Shown piece after piece: positions 19,623-30,693 of a stretch of 38,853 nucleotides of DNA. The stretch lies in NCBI GenBank assembly GCA_018065765.1, contig JAGHSR010000070.1:1-38853 (forward strand), written 5' to 3'. The translations under genes and the position numbers were made by a program. Each line of letters begins with the position of its first letter. Position 1 is the first letter of the stretch. The DNA comes from Candidatus Colicola coprequi (GTDB lineage Bacteria; Bacteroidota; Bacteroidia; Bacteroidales; Paludibacteraceae). The notes under the pieces were generated by a model, which had not been told where the DNA came from, ran no database searches, and worked only from the letters and a program-made list of their open reading frames with translations.

Positions 19623-20390
19623 TTATATTTTAGGCAGACTATCTATCTGCACTGCTTGTTTTAGTATTGTCTCTATATCACTCAGGCACACTTGGTTAGC
19701 GGCGTCAGAGATGGCACTGTCAGGATTGGGATGAACTTCCATAAATATCCCATCCACGCCAACGGCTAAGGCTGCCCGCATCAAGTAGGGAACCATTCTG
19801 CGATTGCCTCCTGTGACACCGGATTGAGAACTGGGCTGTTGCACCGAATGGGTAGCATCAAACACAATTGGACAACCCCACTGACGCATTTCCACCAAAG
19901 CAGTCATATCTACCACCAGTCTGCCATAGCCAAAACTGCTACCGCGTTCGGTTAGCCAAATCGACTGACCACCCACAGCATGCACTTTGTCAATAGCCCC
20001 CTGCATATCCCACGGAGCCATAAACTGACCTTTCTTGATATTAACTATTTTGTTCGTACGAGCCGCCGCTTGTATCAAATCGGTTTGCCGTGACAGAAAT
20101 GCCGGTATTTGTAGTACATCAGCCACCTGAGCCACTGGCTCGCATTGCCATGACTCATGCACATCGGTCACAATAGGGAGCGAGAACTCGGACTTTACTT
20201 CTTGCAGAATCTTCAGTCCCTCATCCATACCTATTCCCCGTTGTGAACAAGATGTACGATTGGCTTTGTCAAACGATGACTTGAAATAAAGTTTCACTTC
20301 ATACTGCTCACACACCCGTTTGAGTGTTTCGGCAGTCAGAAGAACCATCTCTCTATTTTCAATGGCGCAGGGCCCGGCAATGAGAAACAT
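19623..20390 (-). CDS. kdsA: 3-deoxy-8-phosphooctulonate synthase
   Basis: Motifs are FLIAGPCAIE and FKSSFDKANRTS, together with GVDGIFMEVHPNP. Confidence 0.9.
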   Translation of the reverse strand: MFLIAGPCAIENREMVLLTAETLKRVCEQYEVKLYFKSSFDKANRTSCSQRGIGMDEGLKILQEVKSEFSLPIVTDVHESWQCEPVAQVADVLQIPAFLSRQTDLIQAAARTNKIVNIKKGQFMAPWDMQGAIDKVHAVGGQSIWLTERGSSFGYGRLVVDMTALVEMRQWGCPIVFDATHSVQQPSSQSGVTGGNRRMVPYLMRAALAVGVDGIFMEVHPNPDSAISDAANQVCLSDIETILKQAVQIDSLPKI

Positions 20391-21628
20391 TAAGCTTTGA
20401 CTAAATAGTTAAACTTGTCGTCAATAGTATAAACTGCCATGTTGGCTATTTCTATTTGCCCCTCTATGCCGGTGAGTTTCTTCTGCTCGCGTACAAACGA
20501 TTGAGCTTGTAGGAAGAGCGACATATTGCCTATAGAGTTAGGCATACGCAGTACTTCATAGTTGTTGACAAACCATATCAACTCCTGTTTGGTCCATGCC
20601 AAATGGATATAGTTCCATTTTTGTGGTTTGATTTTCTTGATAAGCACCATATTATCCACGCGGTCTGTCTTTATACCCATCTGCACTTTTTTACCATTGG
20701 ATTGGAATAGTGTGATGATAGGCAGCTTGTCCTCGTTCTTAAGGCAGATGACATGATTGGCACTGCCGACACAGCGAACCTTGAAACGAATCAGTCCACC
20801 GTTCATGCGCATTTTATCAGCTGTTTGGATAACATCGGATGTGTAGGCAAAGTCTTTGGCAACAAAGCCCAACTTCTCATCCCAAGCAGCTTGTGTCTTG
20901 GATTGGTGTTTTACCTGTATTGTCATCACTTTGCCAATACGGCTGGTGTTCTGACCTCCGTTGTAAGCCTGCAATTCATGCACAAAACTATGATTCGCTT
21001 TCATAGCTCTGGTTTTGTACGCAAATCCGGGGCGCCAATCACTGGCTGCCAAGTCGGTATCCACATTGTCCGCCCACTGCTGAACATAACTTTCCCAGCG
21101 AGCTAACTCCTCGCCGTCAGCATGCAGGAAAAATTGTATATCCGCATTATTGATAAGTTCGGTATAACGTTCGTCCTGCTTAGACTCCGGAGTGGTGTAC
21201 CAGCGTTTAGGATTTGCCCAAAAAGCATTTTCCTGTTTGAATTTCTCGTCAGCCACTACATCCTTTAGACGCAGATAGTCTTGAACGGCCTGCTTGGTCT
21301 CCAACTTGGCCAACTGAGCGGATTGTTTTTCGTTGGGTTCAGCGATGGCTTTGAGTTGTAGGTAGTCATGCACAGCACCGCTCTTGCTTGCTTTCTCAAA
21401 CCGATGCAGGTTTTCGTACTGCTCAGTTTTTTTGTATTTGCGTTTGAGCAAATACATCTTGTTATCCTGGAACTCTTTGGTAGTAACAATTTTTTCCAGT
21501 TCGCGCAGTTGTTGGAGTTCAGCAGATTGCTCTACTTGACGATAACGACGAATGTTTTCACTGGTCTGATGAAGGTAAGCTTCAAATTTTTCGATTGACC
21601 AGATGGGGCTCTTGAAGAATAGACTCAT
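20390..21628 (-). CDS. Hypothetical cytoplasmic protein (412 aa) with a helical repeat N-terminal half and a beta-rich C-terminal half
   Basis: The long ORF has tight junctions with its neighbours: TAATG with kdsA and a 1-nt gap after the LOG gene. It has no signal peptide. Internal repeats are AVHDYLQLKAIAE and AVQDYLRLKDVVA. I recognise no catalytic motif. Confidence 0.6.
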   Translation of the reverse strand: MSLFFKSPIWSIEKFEAYLHQTSENIRRYRQVEQSAELQQLRELEKIVTTKEFQDNKMYLLKRKYKKTEQYENLHRFEKASKSGAVHDYLQLKAIAEPNEKQSAQLAKLETKQAVQDYLRLKDVVADEKFKQENAFWANPKRWYTTPESKQDERYTELINNADIQFFLHADGEELARWESYVQQWADNVDTDLAASDWRPGFAYKTRAMKANHSFVHELQAYNGGQNTSRIGKVMTIQVKHQSKTQAAWDEKLGFVAKDFAYTSDVIQTADKMRMNGGLIRFKVRCVGSANHVICLKNEDKLPIITLFQSNGKKVQMGIKTDRVDNMVLIKKIKPQKWNYIHLAWTKQELIWFVNNYEVLRMPNSIGNMSLFLQAQSFVREQKKLTGIEGQIEIANMAVYTIDDKFNYLVKA

Positions 21629-21629
21629 A

Positions 21630-22171
21630 TTAGTTGGTTGGTTGTGTTAATAATTCTTTTAGTTGTTCTATAGTGTCTATGAATATAGGTGCATATGACT
21701 CCTGTTCCGGCAAGAAACGCAGTTGTTTCATGTGCTCTCGCTGCTGTTTCAGCCCTTCATAAAAACCATAGTAATTAAGTATGTATATAGGTTTTTTATG
21801 CTCCCCTATTGTACCGCTGGCTATCACATCATACATCTCATCCAGTGTACCATAACTACCGGGCAGACATACAAAGCAATCAGCTATTTGGCGCATTTTA
21901 CGTTTGCGTGCAGCCATATCGGTCACTTTCCATAGGCGATTGCAGTTCTTGGCTTGTCTTCCGGCACGAATGATGCGTTCAGGTATCACTCCCTCCACGC
22001 GTCCTCCTGCCGCACGTACAGCATTGCTCACCCGGGTCATCAGTCCACCCGTAGCCCCACCGTACACCAATGTATGTCCTGCCGTTGCTATCCACTGCCC
22101 GAGTTCGTCTCCCATAAGAAGATAATCCTCCGGAATGATGTCTTTAGCCGAACAATAGACTGCGATTTTCA

Positions 22172-22172
<1 letters not shown>
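21630..22172 (-). CDS. LOG family protein (TIGR00730-type)
   Basis: Motifs are MKIAVYCSA, VYGGATGGLM and PGSYGTLDEM, the last being the LOG PGGxGTxxE motif. The ATG at 22172 overlaps the gyrB stop as TGATG. Confidence 0.75.
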
Positions 22173-24172
<2,000 letters not shown>

Positions 24173-24252
24173 TTATGTGTTTTTAATTAATTTTCACTCG
24201 TTAAAAAATATATCGCAGGCGCGCGCATAACACGCACGCGCGAAAAACGTTG

Positions 24253-24283
24253 CAAAGGTACAACTTTTTTCGTAATATACAAA
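24253..24283 (-). promoter_or_regulatory. gyrB promoter: -33 TTTG, 19-nt spacer, -7 TACCTTTG (minus strand)
   Basis: The minus strand reads TTTG-TATATTACGAAAAAAGTTG-TACCTTTG. This matches the Bacteroides consensus TTTG-N19-21-TAnnTTTG. It lies about 80 nt upstream of the ATG at 24172. Confidence 0.6.
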
Positions 24284-24365
24284 ATATTTCGTTAAGAATT
24301 TTTGATTTTATTCCTAGCACACACTTTACCGCGGCTTGACTATTCTTTTTGCCCAATAGCAATAA

Positions 24366-25337
24366 TCAAGAATGTAAACACGAAAGGTATTCCTGTTCGG
24401 GTTGGCCTGGAGTAGGATAAAATTCGGCACGAGACATAAGGCCTAAAGCAGTCAAATCCATGATGGTGGTATAGCCTGAGCGAGCTATGATATGTGTGGC
24501 ATGGGATAAGGTTGCCTGCAGATCGCAATCATTCATCCAAGGATGGATGGTGATATTTCCCGAATGAATAACGGTGTTTGGTTTGCCGACGAGTCCCTGA
24601 ACAAGGACAAACAGCTCATCTGATTGACGAAAACGCTCCAGTAGTTGTTGCTCCAATAGGGTTCGTTGTGGTTCCAATCCTGACAAGACAGCCACTGTGT
24701 AGGGTGGCATGGCAGGTTGGTTATCTTCAGATGGAGAGAAGCGTGAGAGTGGACCTATGTAGGAGACCTTAGCAGCAATACGATTGGGGTGAAAACCATG
24801 GGACAATTCGCCTGCCAAAGAGGGATATTGTGCATAGTCGGGTATCCAGAGTTGGTCATACCTATTGATGACCCATGCGTGCGCACGTGTAGCCATGTCA
24901 TCCAGCCATCGCCATGACCGCGGCAGACGAATATGTACTTGATGGGTGATATACACCGACCGAATAGCCTGTGTGTGACTGCGAACAAACGACGATGAAG
25001 GATAGAAACCAAAACGGTTGTCGGATATGACGAGATCAAAATGTTCTATTGCCAATATATCTCGTAATGCAACGTGATCTAAGATAGCCCATCTAATCAG
25101 TTGCGGCAAAGCGCGTAACATGGCACAAACTTGGCTCTTCCCTCTGCCGTAATGCAGGTGCAAGTGTGGTAAGGTGAGTGAACATAGGGAAGGAAACTCG
25201 CGTTTGAGCCACGTAAGGCTATCACCATCGCCTGCTATCACAACTTGATGTCCCTCGTTAAGATAACGTCGGATTAGTGTTGCACAGCGCGTGGCATGGC
25301 CAAGTCCCCAGTTGAGGGGTGCAATAAGAATATTCAT
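24366..25337 (-). CDS. Glycosyltransferase-like protein (GT-B, MurG/GT28-GT1-like)
   Basis: MNILIAPLNWGLGHATRCATLI is the N-terminal G-loop pattern of MGT/GT28-like enzymes. The product is 323 aa. The start overlaps the radical SAM gene stop as ATGA. Confidence 0.6.
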   Translation of the reverse strand: MNILIAPLNWGLGHATRCATLIRRYLNEGHQVVIAGDGDSLTWLKREFPSLCSLTLPHLHLHYGRGKSQVCAMLRALPQLIRWAILDHVALRDILAIEHFDLVISDNRFGFYPSSSFVRSHTQAIRSVYITHQVHIRLPRSWRWLDDMATRAHAWVINRYDQLWIPDYAQYPSLAGELSHGFHPNRIAAKVSYIGPLSRFSPSEDNQPAMPPYTVAVLSGLEPQRTLLEQQLLERFRQSDELFVLVQGLVGKPNTVIHSGNITIHPWMNDCDLQATLSHATHIIARSGYTTIMDLTALGLMSRAEFYPTPGQPEQEYLSCLHS

Positions 25338-26110
25338 GCACTGACGATTACGTCTATACCCTCCTCACGTAGTGGGGCGGCTATAGATTGCATTTGTTCG
25401 GGAGATATTTTCTCCAATGATTGAACCGGAGTAGCACGATCAATGACATAAATCATCACCTGCTTGGGGTGCAACTCGTGCACCACCTTATACCAAGCAG
25501 ACAACTCGTCTGGCGTGGTATTATCCACATGGATTATACTATCGGAGCAAGGTACTTGTCCACGCAAGAAACATGTTTGCAGTGTGAAGTCACCATCAAA
25601 CTGCTGAAGCGATGTAACAATGTCTCTTACAGTAAGGTGCGGATTGACCGGCTGATCAATGAGTCGCATCGTAGCATCGATGGCTGAGTCGAGTTTAAGA
25701 ATACGATTGTCACACAGTCGCAGTGCTTCTACCACAGAGGGACGATAGAGTTGGGTAGAGTTGCTCAACACAGACACTTTGGCTGAAGGACAATATTGAT
25801 CTCTGAGCGCACAGGTGTGACGGATTATCTCTATGAAATCAGGATGAATGGTAGGTTCTCCGTTGCCGGAGAATGTGATTACGTCGGGAGGGGTGGTCTG
25901 AGAGGAGAGGGCCTGTCGCAACGCATCCTGCACTTGTGCAAGTGTAGGCATGACACCATGTTCAGCATCGGCTGAGGGGTTGAAACCACACTCGCAATAA
26001 ATACAATCAAAACTGCACCGTTTAGAGGTAGTCGGTAGCAGATTAACTCCCAGCGATATACCTAATCTGCGGGAGTGAATGGGACCATATACGATACTAT
26101 CAAATAACAT
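25334..26110 (-). CDS. Radical SAM protein (small, COG0731-like)
   Basis: The CSFDCIYCECG cluster (CxxxCxxC) follows YGPIHSRRLGISLGVNLLP. The product is 258 aa. Confidence 0.8.
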   Translation of the reverse strand: MLFDSIVYGPIHSRRLGISLGVNLLPTTSKRCSFDCIYCECGFNPSADAEHGVMPTLAQVQDALRQALSSQTTPPDVITFSGNGEPTIHPDFIEIIRHTCALRDQYCPSAKVSVLSNSTQLYRPSVVEALRLCDNRILKLDSAIDATMRLIDQPVNPHLTVRDIVTSLQQFDGDFTLQTCFLRGQVPCSDSIIHVDNTTPDELSAWYKVVHELHPKQVMIYVIDRATPVQSLEKISPEQMQSIAAPLREEGIDVIVSA

Positions 26111-26139
26111 ATTTTTTATATTAGGACGAAGTCCATTAT

Positions 26140-28185
26140 TTAAGACGGATTGATTACACGATTACCCAAGCATCGGCAGAGTTCAGAACGAAGAGCATTA
26201 AGTTGCGGAAGCAGTTGCAGCAGCTGCTGTGTCGTATTCCACGATATATTCGGGTCTGCCAATTGGCGATTAGTAAGTGCTATTTTTTCATTCACAACCG
26301 TCAGTTTGATTTCGAGCAGCAGGCGGGTGGTCAGCAGAGGCAGTTGCTCCAAGTCGTCAGCCGGTTCTATATCCCTACGAACATTCTCCGTAACGGACTT
26401 ATGGGAAAATAAAGTAGAAACTTGATATTTCTCCTCAATCAATTGCACCGCCAATTGTGCTATTTCGGTGTTCGGATGGTGTAGGAAGAATCTCTGCGCC
26501 TCAAAATTCTGTTCGGCGTAATGTGCCCAATACTCATCGAGAATACATTGGTGCAATGGGATACGAGCCGTAATCTGGTCACTCTGCAAAGTCTGAATAA
26601 TATACACTCCCACCGGCACAGAATGTTCGGTGTCCACCTGTAATAATTGTTCGCCATGTCGCACTATCACCTGCAGCAGGTTGAGCATGTTCATGTCAAA
26701 GGGTGTCAGGGTCTGTGGTGTGGTAGCACTTATGATTTGAGCAGGCAATGATTCAGCAGATGGGGTAGTTTGTGGCGAAGAAGTTGGTGTAGTAGAATCG
26801 GATGGTGAGTCTTGACTCTTTAGTCGCTCTTCGCTTCGGCGGAGACGCAAATCTGCCACAGAACGGGTGAGTACATCCTCCTGCATATCCAGCAGTCGTG
26901 CACATTCCTGAATGTAAACCTGTCGGGTGATACGATCGGGAATCACTGAAATAGTTTGCACCACATCGCGAATCAGTTGACTGCGTTTGATAGGATCCGT
27001 TCCTGCCTCCTCTGCAAGGAGTTGGGTCTTAAAGCGGATGAAATCGGTTTGGTGAGCACGAATATACTCGATGAATTCGGATGCATCGTGCTTTTGTGCG
27101 AATGAATCCGGATCTTCACCATCGGGTAGGAGCAGCACCTTCACGGCAAAACCTTCGTCTAAGAACATATCTATTCCTTTGAGGGCAGCGTGGATACCCG
27201 CACTGTCACCATCGTAGAGAACCGTAATGTTTTGTGTGAAACGGTGAATCAGTCGAATTTGTGGTTTGGTCAGTGCTGTTCCTCCGGATGCCACCACGTT
27301 CTCTATGCCGCACTGGTGCATAGACAACACGTCCATCTGCCCCTCCACCAGATAGCACATGTCGCGTTTTTGGATGGCTTGTTTAGCCTGAAAGAAGCCG
27401 TATAATTCGTTGGTTTTGCTATAAATGACGGAGTCCGGTGAATTGACATACTTACCTATGGGCAACTCCTTGCCGTCCTTGTCGTATTTTTTCTTGAGAA
27501 TACGTCCGGCAAAAGCCACTGTTTTGCCAGAAATACTCAGAATAGGAAACATGACTCTGTCCCGAAATCGGTCGTACAATTCACCGTTATTTTCGCTCAC
27601 TCCGCATAGTCCGGTACCGATTTTAGTATTGACATCGTTGCTGATATAGCGTTCAGCAAAACTCTTTTGTTTAAGATAAGCTGCCAGTTGATTGCCTCGA
27701 GCCGGACAATAACCAAGTTGAAAATCACGGATAGTCTTATCCTGCAGTCCACGCTGTCGGAAGTAACTCAATCCGACCGTCTGTCCCTCTTGTGTATTCC
27801 ACAATTGGTCTTGAAACCAGCGATTGGCTGCATCGTTGACCACAAACATGGATTCACGGTCGTCCTGACGTTGTTGTTCCTCCGGTGTCAGTTCGCGTTC
27901 CTCAATATCAATATGGTATTTGCGAGCCAAAATCTTGATAGCATCAACGTACGAGCAATGTTCAATTTCCATGATGAAATTGATAGCATTTCCTGCTTTG
28001 CCGCAGCCGAAGCATTTATAGATACCTTTGGATGGAGAGACAGTGAACGAACCTGTTCGCTCATCGTGAAACGGGCACAAACCTATCATGTTGGCACCCC
28101 GTCGTTTGAGTGATACATAGTCCGAAACCACATCCTCAATGGCGGCAGCGGAAAAAACTCGATCAATAGTATCGCGCGGAATCAT
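26140..28185 (-). CDS. dnaG: DNA primase
   Basis: The zinc ribbon is CPFHDERTGSFTVSPSKGIYKCFGCGKAG. TOPRIM motifs are EGQMDVLS and YDGDSAG. Confidence 0.92.
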   Translation of the reverse strand: MIPRDTIDRVFSAAAIEDVVSDYVSLKRRGANMIGLCPFHDERTGSFTVSPSKGIYKCFGCGKAGNAINFIMEIEHCSYVDAIKILARKYHIDIEERELTPEEQQRQDDRESMFVVNDAANRWFQDQLWNTQEGQTVGLSYFRQRGLQDKTIRDFQLGYCPARGNQLAAYLKQKSFAERYISNDVNTKIGTGLCGVSENNGELYDRFRDRVMFPILSISGKTVAFAGRILKKKYDKDGKELPIGKYVNSPDSVIYSKTNELYGFFQAKQAIQKRDMCYLVEGQMDVLSMHQCGIENVVASGGTALTKPQIRLIHRFTQNITVLYDGDSAGIHAALKGIDMFLDEGFAVKVLLLPDGEDPDSFAQKHDASEFIEYIRAHQTDFIRFKTQLLAEEAGTDPIKRSQLIRDVVQTISVIPDRITRQVYIQECARLLDMQEDVLTRSVADLRLRRSEERLKSQDSPSDSTTPTSSPQTTPSAESLPAQIISATTPQTLTPFDMNMLNLLQVIVRHGEQLLQVDTEHSVPVGVYIIQTLQSDQITARIPLHQCILDEYWAHYAEQNFEAQRFFLHHPNTEIAQLAVQLIEEKYQVSTLFSHKSVTENVRRDIEPADDLEQLPLLTTRLLLEIKLTVVNEKIALTNRQLADPNISWNTTQQLLQLLPQLNALRSELCRCLGNRVINPS

Positions 28186-28221
28186 TTTGTCTCTTTTTGG
28201 TGGTCTTTGATGATAGTTGAA

Positions 28222-28980
28222 TTAATTCTCCCAAAGATAGATACCCAACTTGATTTGCCACTGATCCAATCGACCTCGTGTATAGCGATCATCTCCGTCA
28301 TAGCCCGGCATTTCGCCAAACTGCTGTTTGCTATAGGGATTGATTAGACCAAAATCGTATCCTCCACGAATGAAATAGCGTCCGTATTGGAAACCGGCAC
28401 CGACGCCCCATGTGACATTTAAGCGGCGGTAGTACTGCGCCATCTCGGCATCCAAATATTCGTAAGCAACCTTGATTGGAGCTTTCACTTCTGTTTGACT
28501 CAAGTGGTCTCGATAAAACTCTTTGGCACTAAGAAAGAGATTGCATTGGATGGTCGGTCCGGAATAGAGAATCACCCATGTGTTTTTGGCTATCTCAAAC
28601 TTGTACTGCCAATCAACAAAAACCTCCAAGGCATGTGATGATTCCTTGGCAGAGACATCGTATTTGATGTGTTGAGTCGGGTTGCCGTTGTCATCGTAGG
28701 GGTAATCTTGCCACGACTGAGAGGAAGCCCCAAAACTGTAATTCAGTCCCATGGCACAGCCAAACCCCTTAATGATGTTAGCATCGTAAATCAATCCTAA
28801 TTTAAAGCCATTGAGCACTGTTTTGTCTAGTTGCTCACGATTAGCAGTATAGGCAGAAGGTGCATTCAGACGATAGATAGGTTGGGTATAACCCAGTTGG
28901 ATACCTATTGCTTGGGTAAACTCTGCTTTTGCCCATACAGCACATAAAATCATTAGTACCAATGTTGTGTAGCGTTTCAT
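28222..28980 (-). CDS. Outer-membrane beta-barrel protein (porin-family-like)
   Basis: It has a signal peptide (MKRYTTLVLMILCAVWAKA). It also has alternating aromatic/Gly beta-strand patterns (GIQLGYTQ, GFKLGLIYD, WGVGAGFQYG). Confidence 0.5.
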   Translation of the reverse strand: MKRYTTLVLMILCAVWAKAEFTQAIGIQLGYTQPIYRLNAPSAYTANREQLDKTVLNGFKLGLIYDANIIKGFGCAMGLNYSFGASSQSWQDYPYDDNGNPTQHIKYDVSAKESSHALEVFVDWQYKFEIAKNTWVILYSGPTIQCNLFLSAKEFYRDHLSQTEVKAPIKVAYEYLDAEMAQYYRRLNVTWGVGAGFQYGRYFIRGGYDFGLINPYSKQQFGEMPGYDGDDRYTRGRLDQWQIKLGIYLWEN

Positions 28981-28983
28981 ATC

Positions 28984-30690
28984 TTAATTTTTTCGTTTGC
29001 GATTACGTTTTACTTTGGGGCGGTCGATAGTCTCATCTTCCTCTTCATCCTCCTCTTCTGAGGCTGACAAGACAGCCTTGGTGGGACGAGGGGTTACTAT
29101 GGGTCGCGAGAATACATCATTGGGGGATAGCGGTCGTTCACTCGCTGCCCAAAAGAAACTAGTCAAACGTGTTTCACTATCTTCTATTTGGTCTATCGGA
29201 TACATAGTACCGGTGGTTTGGGTGGTAAAGAGAACATGGTGCACTTTTTGATTTTCGAGAAACACCGACACAAAACTGCTCTGTGTCTTGTTGACACCCA
29301 CCAACGAGCCGTCATCTTCCTTGGGATAAAACACCGTCTCTGCATTTCCGTTGACATCCACTTGGCTGACTTGCCCGCTATCCACGTAGGCAAACATCTC
29401 TTTACCCGCCATTTGATCAAAATAACTAATCCCCTCCTGTTTAATCATAATGGCATTACCTATTCCGTGTGCGTGGTCCACTCCCCCCTCCTTCATAAAC
29501 ACCGTAATACTATCTGCAGAGATCTGATTATTCTCATTCCAACAGATAGGCAGATGATGCAGTATAGCGATGGAGTCACGGGCGTTGTAGGTAAGAGAGT
29601 CACACACCACTTGATACTCCACATTGTAGGCACGCACGTGATGGAAAGCACGTACTTGACGATAGGTGGTATCTATCCACAATGTATCAGGGCTCTGTGC
29701 CACCATGATTGAATCCTTGAGGATGCTATCTTTGGGCAACAGTTGATAGATTTGATAAGGTACTTCCTCGGAGTAGAGAGTGTCGGCGTGCATGTAAGTG
29801 TAGTTTGGCTGTGACCATTCGATCAGCAAGGCACTATCTGTGGCAAAACCTCGTTTTTCGTATTCGTACACTTCTCCATAGTTGCCTGTTAAGGTGGCTT
29901 GCTGCACTGTATCTCGAACTTCTATATGGTGAAAGAGACGCCCAAAACCGATAGCTTTATCGTAGAAGATGGTATCCGCTGTGAGGAACTTGCCATCCTG
30001 ATGCTCTATTAGTGAGCGGTCAAGCAACATGGATTGCTGTGTGGAAGTGTTGTACCACCCATTGGAGGAGTGAATGGTTGTTTCACCTTGATAGAGAATA
30101 GTAGTGGGAGCCACCAAGTCGGCTACATGGGTTTTGGTATTGTAGTACAATGTCGCAGTGGACATAGTGAAGCGGTCGTTCTCCAACTGCACATCATCAC
30201 GGAATATAGCCTGATTGGTAGAAGGGTGGTATTGTCCCCAACGTGACTGCAATGTATTGACACTATCTTGGATAGTACCACCTGAGAAATAATATGCCAG
30301 ATCTTGTGTCCGGTTGTAGTTCATGCTATCGGTCGTGAGGGTAGTAGCACGATGGACAAGTTTGACATGGCGGCGCAAACGTGCTATCTTGGTATTGCCA
30401 TCATAGTAGAGCACATCGCCAAATCCCTGCAAAGTATCACCCTGAACAAATCGCACTCGTCCAAAAGCATCCAGCGAATTGGTCTGTTCGTAAAAGTATG
30501 CCGAGTCGCAGTACATAAGAGCATCATCATGGCGAAAACGCACATCACCACGCAAAATCTGCGCATCCGGAAGACGGCTCTGATCAAAACTCAGCGTCTC
30601 TGAATGCTCCAAATACACTCTGTCTTGTGCTCCCATGGTAGCGCAACAAAGTAGGCAAACGAGTAGATATGTGTAGTGGTAGTGTGTCAT
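28984..30690 (-). CDS. OstA-like (LptA/LptD N-terminal-like) repeat protein with a highly charged C-terminal tail
   Basis: After a signal peptide come repeated OstA-type segments (LRGDVRFRHDDALMYCDSAYFYEQTNSLDAFGRVRF...). The tail is SEEEDEEEDETIDRPKVKRNRKRKN. Confidence 0.55.
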   Translation of the reverse strand: MTHYHYTYLLVCLLCCATMGAQDRVYLEHSETLSFDQSRLPDAQILRGDVRFRHDDALMYCDSAYFYEQTNSLDAFGRVRFVQGDTLQGFGDVLYYDGNTKIARLRRHVKLVHRATTLTTDSMNYNRTQDLAYYFSGGTIQDSVNTLQSRWGQYHPSTNQAIFRDDVQLENDRFTMSTATLYYNTKTHVADLVAPTTILYQGETTIHSSNGWYNTSTQQSMLLDRSLIEHQDGKFLTADTIFYDKAIGFGRLFHHIEVRDTVQQATLTGNYGEVYEYEKRGFATDSALLIEWSQPNYTYMHADTLYSEEVPYQIYQLLPKDSILKDSIMVAQSPDTLWIDTTYRQVRAFHHVRAYNVEYQVVCDSLTYNARDSIAILHHLPICWNENNQISADSITVFMKEGGVDHAHGIGNAIMIKQEGISYFDQMAGKEMFAYVDSGQVSQVDVNGNAETVFYPKEDDGSLVGVNKTQSSFVSVFLENQKVHHVLFTTQTTGTMYPIDQIEDSETRLTSFFWAASERPLSPNDVFSRPIVTPRPTKAVLSASEEEDEEEDETIDRPKVKRNRKRKN

Positions 30691-30693
30691 CGT

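Noticed and set aside
26730-26840. A Ser/Thr/Pro-rich low-complexity segment inside dnaG (SPSDSTTPTSSPQTTPSAES) as a possible insertion or domain boundary anomaly.
   Set aside because: It sits where DnaG normally has a flexible linker before the C-terminal helicase-binding domain. The frame is continuous and there are no DNA-level repeats.
28990-29075. A purine/pyrimidine-biased low-complexity DNA stretch (ctcatcttcctcttcatcctcctcttc) as a possible microsatellite.
   Set aside because: It is imperfect and in frame. It encodes the acidic part of the C-terminal tail (EEEDEEEDE) of the OstA-like protein, so amino-acid composition explains it.
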